Shown here piece after piece: positions 10,074-19,092 of a DNA stretch of 64,000 bases (the stretch's first letter is position 1; each line of letters begins with the position of its first letter). The stretch is from a candidate division WOR-3 bacterium (lineage in GTDB: Bacteria > Hydrothermota > Tepidihabitantia > Tepidihabitantales > DTDR01), in assembly GCA_025060715.1 (NCBI GenBank), contig JANXBG010000001.1, positions 30,345-94,344 on the forward strand, given 5' to 3'. The position numbers and the translations under genes were made by a program. Below the pieces are notes generated by a model. It was not told the DNA's origin and searched no databases. It was given only the letters and a program-made list of their open reading frames with translations.

Positions 10074-10716
10074 AGCTTCTAATTACTGCTTTCAAAAGAC
10101 CGCCTAAAAAATTTGTTTTAATAATTAAGGGCAAATAATCTTTTCCTTCCTGAATATAAATACTTCCCAAAATTTTCGCTTTTGGTTTAGTTTGGGGACA
10201 AATTTCATAGACATAAAAAGAACCAATTTTAGTATTAATAAATAATCTTCTCTTTTTTTCTAAAATTACTTCATAATTTTTTTTATTATGATGGAGAAAA
10301 CAATTTTTTACCATTTCTTTTTTGGCAATAATTTTACGAATATAAAACCAAAAAGTCAATATATCTTTTATTTCATTAATTAGCGGAAAAGAGGAGTTGT
10401 CATTATAAATAATTTTACTATTTTTGTAATCAAAATAAATACTACACTGCTCTTTGTAATTTTTTTCATTAATACTTTTATAAGTAAATAAAGTCTTAAA
10501 ATCAGTATCGGCATAACTTATTAAAGTATCATTAATTTCAAAAAATAGAGATAAATTTTTATCGGAATTTAAATAAGAAGAGAATTGATAGACTTCCTTT
10601 TCTTGATAAATTAATTTTTTACATTCTAATTTTAGAGAGCCAACTTTAATAAATCCTAAATAGAGGTCGTAATTAATTATCTCATTAAAAAAATTAAAAA
10701 GAAAGAAAAAAAACAT
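10060..10716 (-). CDS. Hypothetical protein (possible DUF3108-like beta-rich protein)
   Basis: 218-aa ORF overlapping the downstream gene start by 14 nt. The ATG abuts the T-run of the upstream terminator with no SD, so start or reality is uncertain. Confidence 0.45.
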   Translation of the reverse strand: MFFFFLFNFFNEIINYDLYLGFIKVGSLKLECKKLIYQEKEVYQFSSYLNSDKNLSLFFEINDTLISYADTDFKTLFTYKSINEKNYKEQCSIYFDYKNSKIIYNDNSSFPLINEIKDILTFWFYIRKIIAKKEMVKNCFLHHNKKNYEVILEKKRRLFINTKIGSFYVYEICPQTKPKAKILGSIYIQEGKDYLPLIIKTNFLGGLLKAVIRSYERF

Positions 10717-10721
10717 AAAAT

Positions 10722-10752
10722 AAAAAGCCCCGAGAGTTTAATCTCGGGGCTT
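10722..10752 (-). terminator. Rho-independent terminator (GC hairpin + T-run) for the lipoprotein gene
   Basis: Minus-strand read GGAAGCCCCGAGATTAAACTCTCGGGGCTTTTTATTTT: 9-bp GC stem, 7-nt loop, U-tract. Confidence 0.7.
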
Positions 10753-10772
10753 CCTCATAGGATTTTCAATTG

Positions 10773-11552
10773 TTATTGAGTTTTTACCCAACGAAGTCCT
10801 TTAATTTTTTGATAGGCTACTTTGATATCAACTCGGGCTCCGCTAATAGATTTAATCAAAATTTTACCAAAATTATCGTCCAAGGAATATCCATTATTGT
10901 CTCGGTCAAGCCAAAGATAATATACTCCATTTATTTCAATATTTTTTCTTTGGGTTGAATAATTGTTTGGTGGAGGTGCCATATTTTCATTATCAAAATT
11001 ACCGGAAGCCACTGAAGAGATAGCATTTCCTTTATCATTATAATTAGGGGATATATAATCGCCAGGGTTAACAATAGACATAGGAGCAAATTCCCCACGG
11101 TCATCAAAAATATAATCTAAATTTGGCCAATTTGCTTGATTGCCGATTGCTAAAGGAATTGCTCCATTATCAGTTAATTGTAAACCACTTGGATGATTAG
11201 GGTCTGGGTCACTGGCACCATAAACAGTGACTTCACTTACTACCGGTGTTAAATCTAAACTCCATTTTTCGCTTTCCTCTTTTTTTCTATAAGCAGATAC
11301 TTCAATTAATTTAGCCGGACCGCTAACATCATAAGTAGTGACTGTTGAAGGAAGGGTGGTATCTTTTTTCCCATCCACATAGATATAATAACCATCAGCA
11401 TTAGCTACTTGTGTCCAAGTTAAACGAAGTTTAGCACCATTGTCAATTGGCTGATAAGAAACTTCTGGTTTTTCTGGTGTTAATACCTCTTCACAACCAA
11501 TAAAAAGAATAAATAACAAAACTAAAAATATAAGTTTGATATACTTCTTCAT
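10773..11552 (-). CDS. Hypothetical lipoprotein with FN3-like N-terminal region
   Basis: Signal peptide plus lipobox (LFILFIGC), a strong SD, and a 259-aa product with no recognisable enzymatic motif. Confidence 0.6.
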   Translation of the reverse strand: MKKYIKLIFLVLLFILFIGCEEVLTPEKPEVSYQPIDNGAKLRLTWTQVANADGYYIYVDGKKDTTLPSTVTTYDVSGPAKLIEVSAYRKKEESEKWSLDLTPVVSEVTVYGASDPDPNHPSGLQLTDNGAIPLAIGNQANWPNLDYIFDDRGEFAPMSIVNPGDYISPNYNDKGNAISSVASGNFDNENMAPPPNNYSTQRKNIEINGVYYLWLDRDNNGYSLDDNFGKILIKSISGARVDIKVAYQKIKGLRWVKTQ

Positions 11553-11564
11553 TTTTTCCTCCTT

Positions 11565-11837
11565 TTACTTTCTTGTTGGTGGTTTTACTTTTGGTGTTGG
11601 TGGCTTTGGTGCTTCTGGTTTTGGTGCTACTGGTTTTTTGATATGGAATTGTTGATAGTGTTCTTCATAAGTTGCCTTTAAAGAATCTAAGGTTGCTGTT
11701 AAAGTATTTATTTTTGCTTTCAACTCGGTTATTTCGCTGTTTAACTTATCCATCTGCTGAGTAATCTGTTGTCCTGGTTGACAATTTAAAAATAATAATA
11801 TGCTAAAAAATAAAAAGAGAGTGATTAAATATCTCAT
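11565..11837 (-). CDS. Small coiled-coil lipoprotein with proline/lysine-rich tail
   Basis: Best start is M13 (ATG 11837, preceded by AAGGAGG). The product is MRYLITLFLFFSILLFLNC (lipobox), a heptad coiled coil, then a PAPKPEAPKPPTPKVKPP tail. Confidence 0.55.
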   Translation of the reverse strand: MRYLITLFLFFSILLFLNCQPGQQITQQMDKLNSEITELKAKINTLTATLDSLKATYEEHYQQFHIKKPVAPKPEAPKPPTPKVKPPTRK

Positions 11838-11874
11838 TTTATTTCCTCCTTTTAAATAATTATTTTTAACCATT

Positions 11875-11955
11875 AATATAGAATAACAAATTTTTCTGAT
11901 TTGTCAAATAGTAAAGTAGAAGTGAGATATATAGAAATGCCTTGAAATTAAAGGA
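11875..11955 (-). promoter_or_regulatory. Promoter module copy 1: TTGACA-N16-TGTTATTCT (extended -10) with a conserved ~35-bp upstream element
   Basis: Minus-strand read ATTTCAAGGCATTTCTATATATCTCACTTCTAC...TTGACA...TTGTTATTCT. A near-identical copy is at 12614-12700. Confidence 0.45.
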
Positions 11956-12055
11956 AAAGAGCCTTTTTAAAGAAAGCACAAAATGGTAATTATATTATAA
12001 TTTGATTACTGCCACCTTATACTGGCAATGATGTCTTAGTCAAATATATCTTTCT

Positions 12056-12610
12056 TTAAAACTCTTTAAAACCAATCGGATTAAAACCAGCAATAAAGGA
12101 AATTCCTATATTTACAAAAAGGGTAGTAATTTTTTCTTTATCTAAGCCGGTCTCTCCATAAAAAGATAAAAAAGGATGCCAAAGAGAATAATATACGCCC
12201 ATTCCTATTTTGGTATATTTCTCAGAAAAAGACCATTTATTAAACCTAAAAAATAGATAGAAAACTTGCGAAGCAAAAATATTATTCTCTTTCTTTGTCC
12301 AATTGATAAAAGGTAGCCAATAAAAATATAAAGCACCCATATCTTTCGCTATCCATCTTTCACTTTCCATAACTGCTTCTACCATTTCCACTCCAACTCC
12401 AAAACTGATTGGTGGTGAAAAACCAAAAGCAACTTTGCCTCCTCTTATTTCCACCAAAGATAAAGGAGCACTCCAACCAAAATCTAAACCCTCAAAATAC
12501 CACCATCCTTTTATTTTAAATTTCTCAGCCCTATTTACATTGGGTAAAAAGAAAATAGTAAAAATAGTAATTATTATAAAAAATATCTTTTTTTTATTAA
12601 AAAAGCCCAT
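12056..12610 (-). CDS. Small outer-membrane beta-barrel-like protein
   Basis: Likely start is ATG 12610 (MGFFNKKKIFFIIITIFTIFFLP signal-like); the track's TTG 12628 is probably too long. Aromatic-rich alternating pattern and C-terminal ...GFKEF. Confidence 0.5.
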   Translation of the reverse strand: MGFFNKKKIFFIIITIFTIFFLPNVNRAEKFKIKGWWYFEGLDFGWSAPLSLVEIRGGKVAFGFSPPISFGVGVEMVEAVMESERWIAKDMGALYFYWLPFINWTKKENNIFASQVFYLFFRFNKWSFSEKYTKIGMGVYYSLWHPFLSFYGETGLDKEKITTLFVNIGISFIAGFNPIGFKEF

Positions 12611-12613
12611 TCT

Positions 12614-12700
12614 TTTTAAGTATAACAAGTTTTATAGAAATGTCAATTATTCTTAGTAGAGGAAGTATATAAAAGTGCTTGAAATATAAGTTTTTTAAAA
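12614..12700 (-). promoter_or_regulatory. Promoter module copy 2: TTGACA-N16-TGTTATACT (extended -10) with the same upstream element
   Basis: Minus-strand read ATTTCAAGCACTTTTATATACTTCCTCTAC...TTGACA...TTGTTATACTT. It would start a near-leaderless transcript for the 12610 gene. Confidence 0.45.
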
Positions 12701-12720
12701 TAATAGACCCCATTCTAGCT

Positions 12721-12750
12721 ATTGTATGAATAATTATTGTATGAATAATT
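12721..12750. repeat. Perfect tandem duplication of the 15-mer ATTGTATGAATAATT
   Basis: Read directly: attgtatgaataatt attgtatgaataatt. Confidence 0.9.
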
Positions 12751-13284
12751 TCACTTACAAATCCTTAGGTTTAACCCATTTGAATTAGAACTTAGATAAC
12801 GATGTCTTAACCAAGTATAAATATAAAGAAGATAGTTTAAAAACCTAAAAAAAGGATATCAGATAGTATACCATATACTATACTGCCCCCTTTTTATTTG
12901 AAAGAAAAATCCCCTGGCTTAATTAGAGTAGCATTTAAGAGATATTTAAAAGGATTATCTATTTACCCTTTAATACCCCCTTATTTAGTCTTTTTCTTAA
13001 TAACTTCTCTTTATTTGAATTCCTACGCTTATAAATATTCCTTTTCTTTATCATTTCTTAATACCTCTTCTAAATATACCCTTCTATATATATAACGAAA
13101 AAGTAGCCCCTTAGGTTAGTATTTTTTTAAAGAAAAATAAATTGCTTATTTTAATTTATTTCCAAGGTTCCCATTTTTTCAATAAGAAATGGGATAGAAA
13201 AATGGCAATTACAAAGACTTCATTCTTTGTATATTTTAGATATTGTGCTTCTCGTTATTTGCTATTTTATGAGTGATAATAATT

Positions 13285-14520
13285 TTATATTTTTGATAAA
13301 ATAGAATAAAGGATATTTGGATAACTTAAAACTTTTATTTGGTATTCTTTTTCGTTTTCTTTAAAGTTAATTACATAGGTTTTTTGATAGATTTCCTTTA
13401 ATAGATAACCTTTTTCTTTTGGAATTTTTAATGTTTTTCTTTTTAGAAATTTTCTTATTCTTTTTTTAATAAGATTTTTTAAAGAGTTTAAATTTGTTCC
13501 TTTTAAAGCAGAAATAAAAATAGCATTTGGGTATTCTCTTTTTAATCTTAATAATTGGGCTTTTTCAAAAATAAGGTCTATTTTGTTAAAAACTAAAACA
13601 ATCTTTTCTTCGTCACAACCAATCTCTTTTAGAGTTTCTTTTACAATATTAATCTTTTCGTGCAAATTTTCCGCAGTAGCATCAACTAGATGGATAATTA
13701 AATCACTCCTTTTAATATCTTCTAAGGTAGCATGAAAAGCAGAAATTAGTTGAGGAGGTAGGTTTTTGATAAAACCGATAGTATCAGTAATTAAAACTTT
13801 GATATTAGGAAAAATCTCAAAAGCTTTAGTATTGGCATCTAAAGTGGCGAAAAGTTCATCAGAAATATAAACATCTTCTTTTGTCAATGTTTTAAAAAGG
13901 GTTGATTTTCCTGAATTGGTATAACCAGCCAAAGCAATTTTAAAGAAATACTCCCTTTGCTGTCTTTGGATTTCTTTAGTTTTTTTTAACTTTTCTAAAC
14001 TTTTCTTTAAGAAATGAATTCTTTCTCTTATTTTTCTTTTATCAACTTCTAATTGTTTCTCACCGGGCCCTCGGGTTCCGATACCACCGCCCAATTGAGA
14101 AAGGGTCGTACCTTTGCCCGTAAGCATAGTCAGTTGATAATAAAGTTGGGCAAGTTCTACCTGTAACATTGCTTCAGCGGTATGAGCGTGGCGAGCAAAA
14201 ATATCCAAAATCAAAGCACGGCGGTCGATAGTTCGCACCTTAATTATTTCTTCAATATTTCTTATCTGAGAAGGGGTAAGTTGATTATCAAAGATTAATA
14301 AATCCACTTTGTGTTGTTGGCAGATTCTTTTTAATTCTTCGATCTTACCTTTTCCTAATAGAGTTTTTGGTGAAGGGTGTTCTTTTACTTGAATAAAGCT
14401 GCCTAAGGTTTCGCCTCCAGCAGTTTCAGTGAGAGCTTTTAACTCTTCTAAATCGCTGATTTTCTTATATTTTTCTTTGCTATTCTTTACTAAAGCAACT
14501 AAGATTACCCTTTCTTTCAT
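13285..14520 (-). CDS. hflX: GTPase HflX
   Basis: 411 aa with the HflX N-terminal domain, G1 motif GYTNSGKSTLF and DTIGF; other G motifs follow. Confidence 0.85.
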   Translation of the reverse strand: MKERVILVALVKNSKEKYKKISDLEELKALTETAGGETLGSFIQVKEHPSPKTLLGKGKIEELKRICQQHKVDLLIFDNQLTPSQIRNIEEIIKVRTIDRRALILDIFARHAHTAEAMLQVELAQLYYQLTMLTGKGTTLSQLGGGIGTRGPGEKQLEVDKRKIRERIHFLKKSLEKLKKTKEIQRQQREYFFKIALAGYTNSGKSTLFKTLTKEDVYISDELFATLDANTKAFEIFPNIKVLITDTIGFIKNLPPQLISAFHATLEDIKRSDLIIHLVDATAENLHEKINIVKETLKEIGCDEEKIVLVFNKIDLIFEKAQLLRLKREYPNAIFISALKGTNLNSLKNLIKKRIRKFLKRKTLKIPKEKGYLLKEIYQKTYVINFKENEKEYQIKVLSYPNILYSILSKI

Positions 14521-15083
14521 AGTTTTTTTAAGGAGAAAAGTATTCTTTGCAAAAAAGTAGAGAGATTACCAATTATTAAAATTATTAAAAGATAATTAAA
14601 ATATTTTTTCAATATAAAAGAACCGATTATTAAAAATAACATTCTTATTGGTCTCTCAAAGATACCAACTTTACATTCAATACCCACTCCTTCGGCCCGG
14701 GCTCGAGCATAGCTTACAAAAAAAGACGTAGCAAAAGTCAAAAAAGGAAGGATAGCTACTTCTGATTTTTGGTAATAAAGAAAAATGCCCAAAAAGATGA
14801 AAAATTCGGTCAAGCGGTCAATAACAGAATCTAAAAAGGCGCCTTTTTTACTTACCTTTTCTCTTTTTCGGGCAATTTCACCGTCTAAAGTATCGGCTAA
14901 AGCAATAAAAATTAGAAAAATGCCGGCAATAAAAAAATTTCCTCTAAAATAAAAATAACCAGCGAAAAGAGAAAAAAATAAACCACTAAGAGTAATTAAG
15001 GTTGGCGATACTTTTAGATAGGTTAAAAATTTAACAAAAAAATAAAGAAAATTTACTAATCTTCTTTTTGTTTCCTCTTTCAC
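14517..15083 (-). CDS. CDP-alcohol phosphatidyltransferase family protein (PgsA-like)
   Basis: DTLDGEIARKREKVSKKGAFLDSVIDRLTE matches DG(x)2AR(x)8G(x)3D(x)3D; multi-TM; 188 aa. Confidence 0.7.
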   Translation of the reverse strand: MKEETKRRLVNFLYFFVKFLTYLKVSPTLITLSGLFFSLFAGYFYFRGNFFIAGIFLIFIALADTLDGEIARKREKVSKKGAFLDSVIDRLTEFFIFLGIFLYYQKSEVAILPFLTFATSFFVSYARARAEGVGIECKVGIFERPIRMLFLIIGSFILKKYFNYLLIILIIGNLSTFLQRILFSLKKL

Positions 15084-15772
15084 TCCTCTTTTCCTTTCAC
15101 AATGAGAACAATTTCACCTTTTATTCTCTTTTCTTTTTCTAATCTTTTTTTTAAAATTTCAATTATTTCACTGATCTTTCCTCTTAAAACTTCTTCAAAT
15201 TTTTTTGTTAATTCCCGACAGAGGGCAATTTCTCTATCACCTAAAATCTCTAAGAGAGTATTAAGGGTTTTCATTATTCGATAAGGAGATTCATAAAAAA
15301 TTATTGTTCTTTCTTCATTTATTAAATTTAATAATTTTTTTCTTTTTCTACCTTCTCTTTTTGGTAGAAATCCTTCAAAGACGAAGCGGTCGGAAGGTAA
15401 GCCAGAAACAATTAAACCAGCAATCATTGCTACTGGCCCCGGGATAGGACTAACTTTTATTCCTTCTTTGATAGCTTCTCTTACTAGATAATAACCTGGG
15501 TCAGATATAACCGGTGTTCCGGCATCCGAAACGAAAGCCAAATCCTTTTCTTCTTTTAAAAGTTGAATAAGCTTTGGTGTTTTTGTAAATTTATTATACT
15601 CATTATAGGAAATCAAAGGTTTTTTAATCTGATAATGGTCAAGTAAAATTTTTGTTTGTTGGGTATCTTCACAAACAATATAAGAAACTTCTTTTAATAT
15701 TTCTAAGGCTCTTAATGTTATATCTTTTAGATTACCAATAGGGGTGGCAACTAAATATAAGGTTCCGCTCAT
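15080..15772 (-). CDS. rsmI: 16S rRNA (cytidine1402-2'-O)-methyltransferase RsmI
   Basis: LYLVATPIGNLKDITLRALEIL...CEDTQQTK is the tetrapyrrole-methylase-like RsmI N-terminus. Confidence 0.85.
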   Translation of the reverse strand: MSGTLYLVATPIGNLKDITLRALEILKEVSYIVCEDTQQTKILLDHYQIKKPLISYNEYNKFTKTPKLIQLLKEEKDLAFVSDAGTPVISDPGYYLVREAIKEGIKVSPIPGPVAMIAGLIVSGLPSDRFVFEGFLPKREGRKRKKLLNLINEERTIIFYESPYRIMKTLNTLLEILGDREIALCRELTKKFEEVLRGKISEIIEILKKRLEKEKRIKGEIVLIVKGKEE

Positions 15773-17100
15773 TTTTTGTTATAGTGGATTAGCCTTAAGA
15801 TATCACCTGCGAGATAGAAAGAACCAGTTACTACTAATAACTTTTTTTCTTTGTTGGCTTTTTTAAAAATATAATTAAAGGCTTTTTTTACTGAAGAGAA
15901 GGCCCGGTGTTTTAATTTTAATTGTTGAGCAATTTTTTTTAATCTATTTAAAGGAGTTGCTCTTTTTGTTTTGGCTTTTGTAAATACTATCTCCTCACAA
16001 ATAGGTTTTAAATGTTTTAACATTTTATAACTATCTTTATCTTTAGCAACTCCAAAAAGAAAATAATATCTTCTTAAATTATTCATTTTTATTAAAGTCT
16101 CTTTCAACGATTTAATAGAGATTGGATTATGAGCGGTATCAATAATAAAAAAATTGCCATTGTAAGGAATGTAAGAAATTCTTCCTAGAAGAGGAACATT
16201 ACTGATTCCTTTTTTTATACTTGAATAGTTGATTAATTTATGTTCTTTACTTAAAAGGAAAAGGGCAGTAAGGGCTAAGCCGATATTCTCTTTTTGAAAT
16301 TCGCCAATTAAGTTAGTGTGAATAATATCACTTTTTAAATTCTCTTCGAAGGTCTTCTTTAAAAAATTAACACAAAAAGATGTACCTTGTGGAGAAATAT
16401 TTACTAATTGAAAAGAAAAATAATCATCCGAATAAAAGATAGGAGAATTTCTTTCGCTACAAACTCTTTGAAATACTTTGTCAACCGATTTTTTTTGGCG
16501 AAAGGTCACTAAGGGTACCTCTTTATGAATTATTCCTGCTTTTTCATAAGCAATTTTTGCTAAAGTATTTCCCAAAATCTCAGTGTGGTCATAATCAATG
16601 CGAGCGATTATTGAAATAATTGGATTTACTACATTGGTGGCATCTAAACGTCCTCCTAAACCTACTTCTAAAACGATAAAATCATGTTCTTTTCTTAAGA
16701 AGAATAAGAAAGCAATAGCAGTTAAGGATTCAAAAAAGGTTAATTTATGTTTTTTTATCATTTTTTTTAATTGAAAAGTTAATTCGGTAAATTCTTCTTT
16801 ATCGATTAGATTATTTTGAAACTGAATTCTTTCCCGAAAGCTTACTAAATGGGGAGAGGTATAAATTCCAACTTTATAACCACACTCTTTCAAACAATTT
16901 CCCAACAACATAGTAGTAGAACCTTTTCCTTTTGTGCCCGCAATTAAAATCGGATTTTTTAAAAAAAGGTGAGGATTGCCAATTTCCGCAAGAAAATTTA
17001 GAAAACGAATTAGTTTGAAATCATTATAATTTGCCTTTTTTCTTTCATAATTAATTAAAGACGATAAAAAATTAATTGCTTTTTTATAAGAGTTCATCAT
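15769..17100 (-). CDS. folC: Bifunctional folylpolyglutamate synthase / dihydrofolate synthase
   Basis: AGTKGKGSTTMLL...SPHLVSFRERI Mur-ligase-family motifs. Confidence 0.85.
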   Translation of the reverse strand: MMNSYKKAINFLSSLINYERKKANYNDFKLIRFLNFLAEIGNPHLFLKNPILIAGTKGKGSTTMLLGNCLKECGYKVGIYTSPHLVSFRERIQFQNNLIDKEEFTELTFQLKKMIKKHKLTFFESLTAIAFLFFLRKEHDFIVLEVGLGGRLDATNVVNPIISIIARIDYDHTEILGNTLAKIAYEKAGIIHKEVPLVTFRQKKSVDKVFQRVCSERNSPIFYSDDYFSFQLVNISPQGTSFCVNFLKKTFEENLKSDIIHTNLIGEFQKENIGLALTALFLLSKEHKLINYSSIKKGISNVPLLGRISYIPYNGNFFIIDTAHNPISIKSLKETLIKMNNLRRYYFLFGVAKDKDSYKMLKHLKPICEEIVFTKAKTKRATPLNRLKKIAQQLKLKHRAFSSVKKAFNYIFKKANKEKKLLVVTGSFYLAGDILRLIHYNKK

Positions 17101-17283
17101 ATTTGAAGTTTAAAAAATAATACCAATTTTTTGAAAAATTTCAATAATTATTAAAAAATTTTTTAAACAAAAATTTACCTCCTTAAATTTTTAATAAAAA
17201 ATTTTTTTAAAAAACTTTTTAAATGTTTATAAGTTATTAAATTTCAATGACTTATTAAATAATAATTAAAATAAAAAAATCGC

Positions 17284-17310
17284 TTGACATTTCGTTTAAT
17301 TTTATTATAT
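17284..17310 (+). promoter_or_regulatory. Candidate dcw-cluster promoter (TTGACA ... TATTAT/TATATT)
   Basis: TTGACA at 17284-17289 and an AT-rich -10 at ~17303-17310, immediately before the mraZ start (TTG 17312 / ATG 17318). Implies a near-leaderless transcript. Confidence 0.4.
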
Positions 17311-17311
17311 T

Positions 17312-17836
17312 TTGGTTATGAATGGTGATAATGTTAATGAAATAGGCACAAAAATAAATTTTAGTGGGGAAGAAAGGGGTTATGATTTTATAAGTGTTTA
17401 TTTTCATACTATTGATGAAAAGGGCAGGATTGCAATTCCGTTATCTTTCCGTTTAGCCCTTCCACAAGAATCAAAAGATAAATTATTTATCAGCCCAGGC
17501 CTCAGTAAAACAATCTTTTGTTATCCCACCCCTGAATGGAAAAGATTTCGGAATTGCGTCCTGTCCTTTCTTTCTCATTTTGAAGAAAGTGAAAGAAAAA
17601 TTTTATGGTGGATAAGTCTAAATACTTATGAGGTTTTTTTAGATAATCAAGGTCGGATTTTTTTACCGGAAGAATTAAGGAAATGGGCAAATCTATCAAA
17701 GGTAGGGGTAATCTTTGGAGCAGCTTGGTATTTGGTAATTTGTAATGAAGAAAAGTTTGAAGAGATAAAAAAACATGGAGAAAACAATTTTGAGGGTTTT
17801 ATTAAAAAGTTATACGAAGATGGGAAGATTCGTTGA
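17312..17836 (+). CDS. mraZ: Transcriptional regulator MraZ
   Basis: Two DxxGR(I/V)xxP repeats (DEKGRIAIP, DNQGRIFLP); first gene of the dcw cluster. N-terminus ~20 aa longer than typical MraZ; start uncertain. Confidence 0.8.
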   Translation: MVMNGDNVNEIGTKINFSGEERGYDFISVYFHTIDEKGRIAIPLSFRLALPQESKDKLFISPGLSKTIFCYPTPEWKRFRNCVLSFLSHFEESERKILWWISLNTYEVFLDNQGRIFLPEELRKWANLSKVGVIFGAAWYLVICNEEKFEEIKKHGENNFEGFIKKLYEDGKIR

Positions 17837-18797
17837 AGAAAATTTTCATATTCCAGTTATGTTGAGAGAGATAGTTGATTTTTTCTTTCTTAATCCACAA
17901 GAATTAACAAATAAGTATTTTCCTAAAAAGAAAGTAACTTTTGTTATAAAAGAGACTCCGGAGGTTTTTTTAGATGCCACAGCTGGTGGTGGGGGACATT
18001 TATTTTCTTTAATTAATTATTATCAACAAATTTTCCCAAAAAATTTTAGAAAGGCAATTTTTATTGGGTTAGATATTGATAAAGAAGCGATTGATTATTT
18101 AGAGGAAAAGAGGAAAAAATTTGGATTAGATAATCTTTTTATTCATTGGGAAAATTATAGAAATATAAAAAGATTATTTAGTGAGGTTTATCAGAGAAAA
18201 GAAGTTTGTCGGATTTTATTTGATTTAGGTATCTCTTATTATCAAGCAAAAAGTTCAAAGAGAGGATTTTCTTATGATACCGATGGAGTAATTGATATGC
18301 GTTTTGATCCTATTCGCCAAGAAAAGAGTGCTCTAGATGTTATTAGGGAATCAAATTTAGAAAGGTTAAAAAAAATTTTAAAAGAATTTGGTGAAGAGGT
18401 TAAAGCCGAAAAGATTGCAAAAAGAATTTTTCAGAATAAAGATAAAATTGAAACTACCAACGATTTAAAAAAAATAATCCTTTTAACAAGTGGAAAAAGA
18501 AGTGTTCCCCGCGTCTTTCAAGCATTGAGAATATTTGTTAATAACGAATTAGAAAATTTAAAAATTGGTTTAAGAGAGGCTTTTTTAATTTTAAAGAATG
18601 GCGGCCGATTGGCAGTAATTGCCTATCATTCTTTAGAAGATCGTATCGTTAAGAGATTTTTTAATGAGTGGGAAAAAGAAGGAAAAGGAAAAATTCTTAC
18701 TCCTAAACCAATAATTCCTTCTTTTTTTGAAATTGAAAATAATAAATCAGCTCGTAGTGGAAAATTAAGAGTATTTTTGAAATATGAAAAAGTTTAA
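17820..18797 (+). CDS. rsmH: 16S rRNA (cytosine1402-N4)-methyltransferase RsmH (MraW)
   Basis: HIPVML...DATAGGGGH...; likely start is ATG 17820 (MGRFVEENFHIPVM) rather than the track's 17775. Confidence 0.85.
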   Translation: MGRFVEENFHIPVMLREIVDFFFLNPQELTNKYFPKKKVTFVIKETPEVFLDATAGGGGHLFSLINYYQQIFPKNFRKAIFIGLDIDKEAIDYLEEKRKKFGLDNLFIHWENYRNIKRLFSEVYQRKEVCRILFDLGISYYQAKSSKRGFSYDTDGVIDMRFDPIRQEKSALDVIRESNLERLKKILKEFGEEVKAEKIAKRIFQNKDKIETTNDLKKIILLTSGKRSVPRVFQALRIFVNNELENLKIGLREAFLILKNGGRLAVIAYHSLEDRIVKRFFNEWEKEGKGKILTPKPIIPSFFEIENNKSARSGKLRVFLKYEKV

Positions 18798-19092
18798 TTT
18801 AATTATTTCTCTCTTTTTTTTATTCGGTTTTTTTCAATTGATTTTGGTTTATAAAAATTTTCAACTGATGAATAAAATAACTCATTTAGAAGATGAAAAA
18901 AAATTGCTAATGGTAAAAATTAAGAAAGAAGATATATATTTAGATAGTTTATCTACTCTTTTCTATTCTTTTGTGATAAAAGAAAGTTTAGAAATAGAGC
19001 CGATAAGTGGTTTTTTCCCCAAAAAGGATAAAGATTCTTTTAATCTATTATTTTTAACGCCGGTGGCTAATAAAGAAAATGGTGAAGAATGA
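18784..19092 (+). CDS. ftsL: Cell division protein FtsL-like (TM + coiled coil)
   Basis: 102 aa with an N-terminal TM helix then a coiled coil, positioned between rsmH and ftsI. Confidence 0.5.
   Translation: MKKFNLIISLFFLFGFFQLILVYKNFQLMNKITHLEDEKKLLMVKIKKEDIYLDSLSTLFYSFVIKESLEIEPISGFFPKKDKDSFNLLFLTPVANKENGEE

Noticed and set aside
12898-13095. 65-aa ORF in the hflX-OMP intergenic region.
   Set aside because: No ribosome-binding site and a low-complexity S/L/Y-rich translation; more likely non-coding (see finding on 12629-13284).
17101-17311. 210-bp AT-rich gap upstream of mraZ, considered as a small ORF, ncRNA or CRISPR-like repeat.
   Set aside because: Only homopolymeric A/T runs and promoter-like hexamers. 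No repeat-spacer periodicity and no ORF with an SD.
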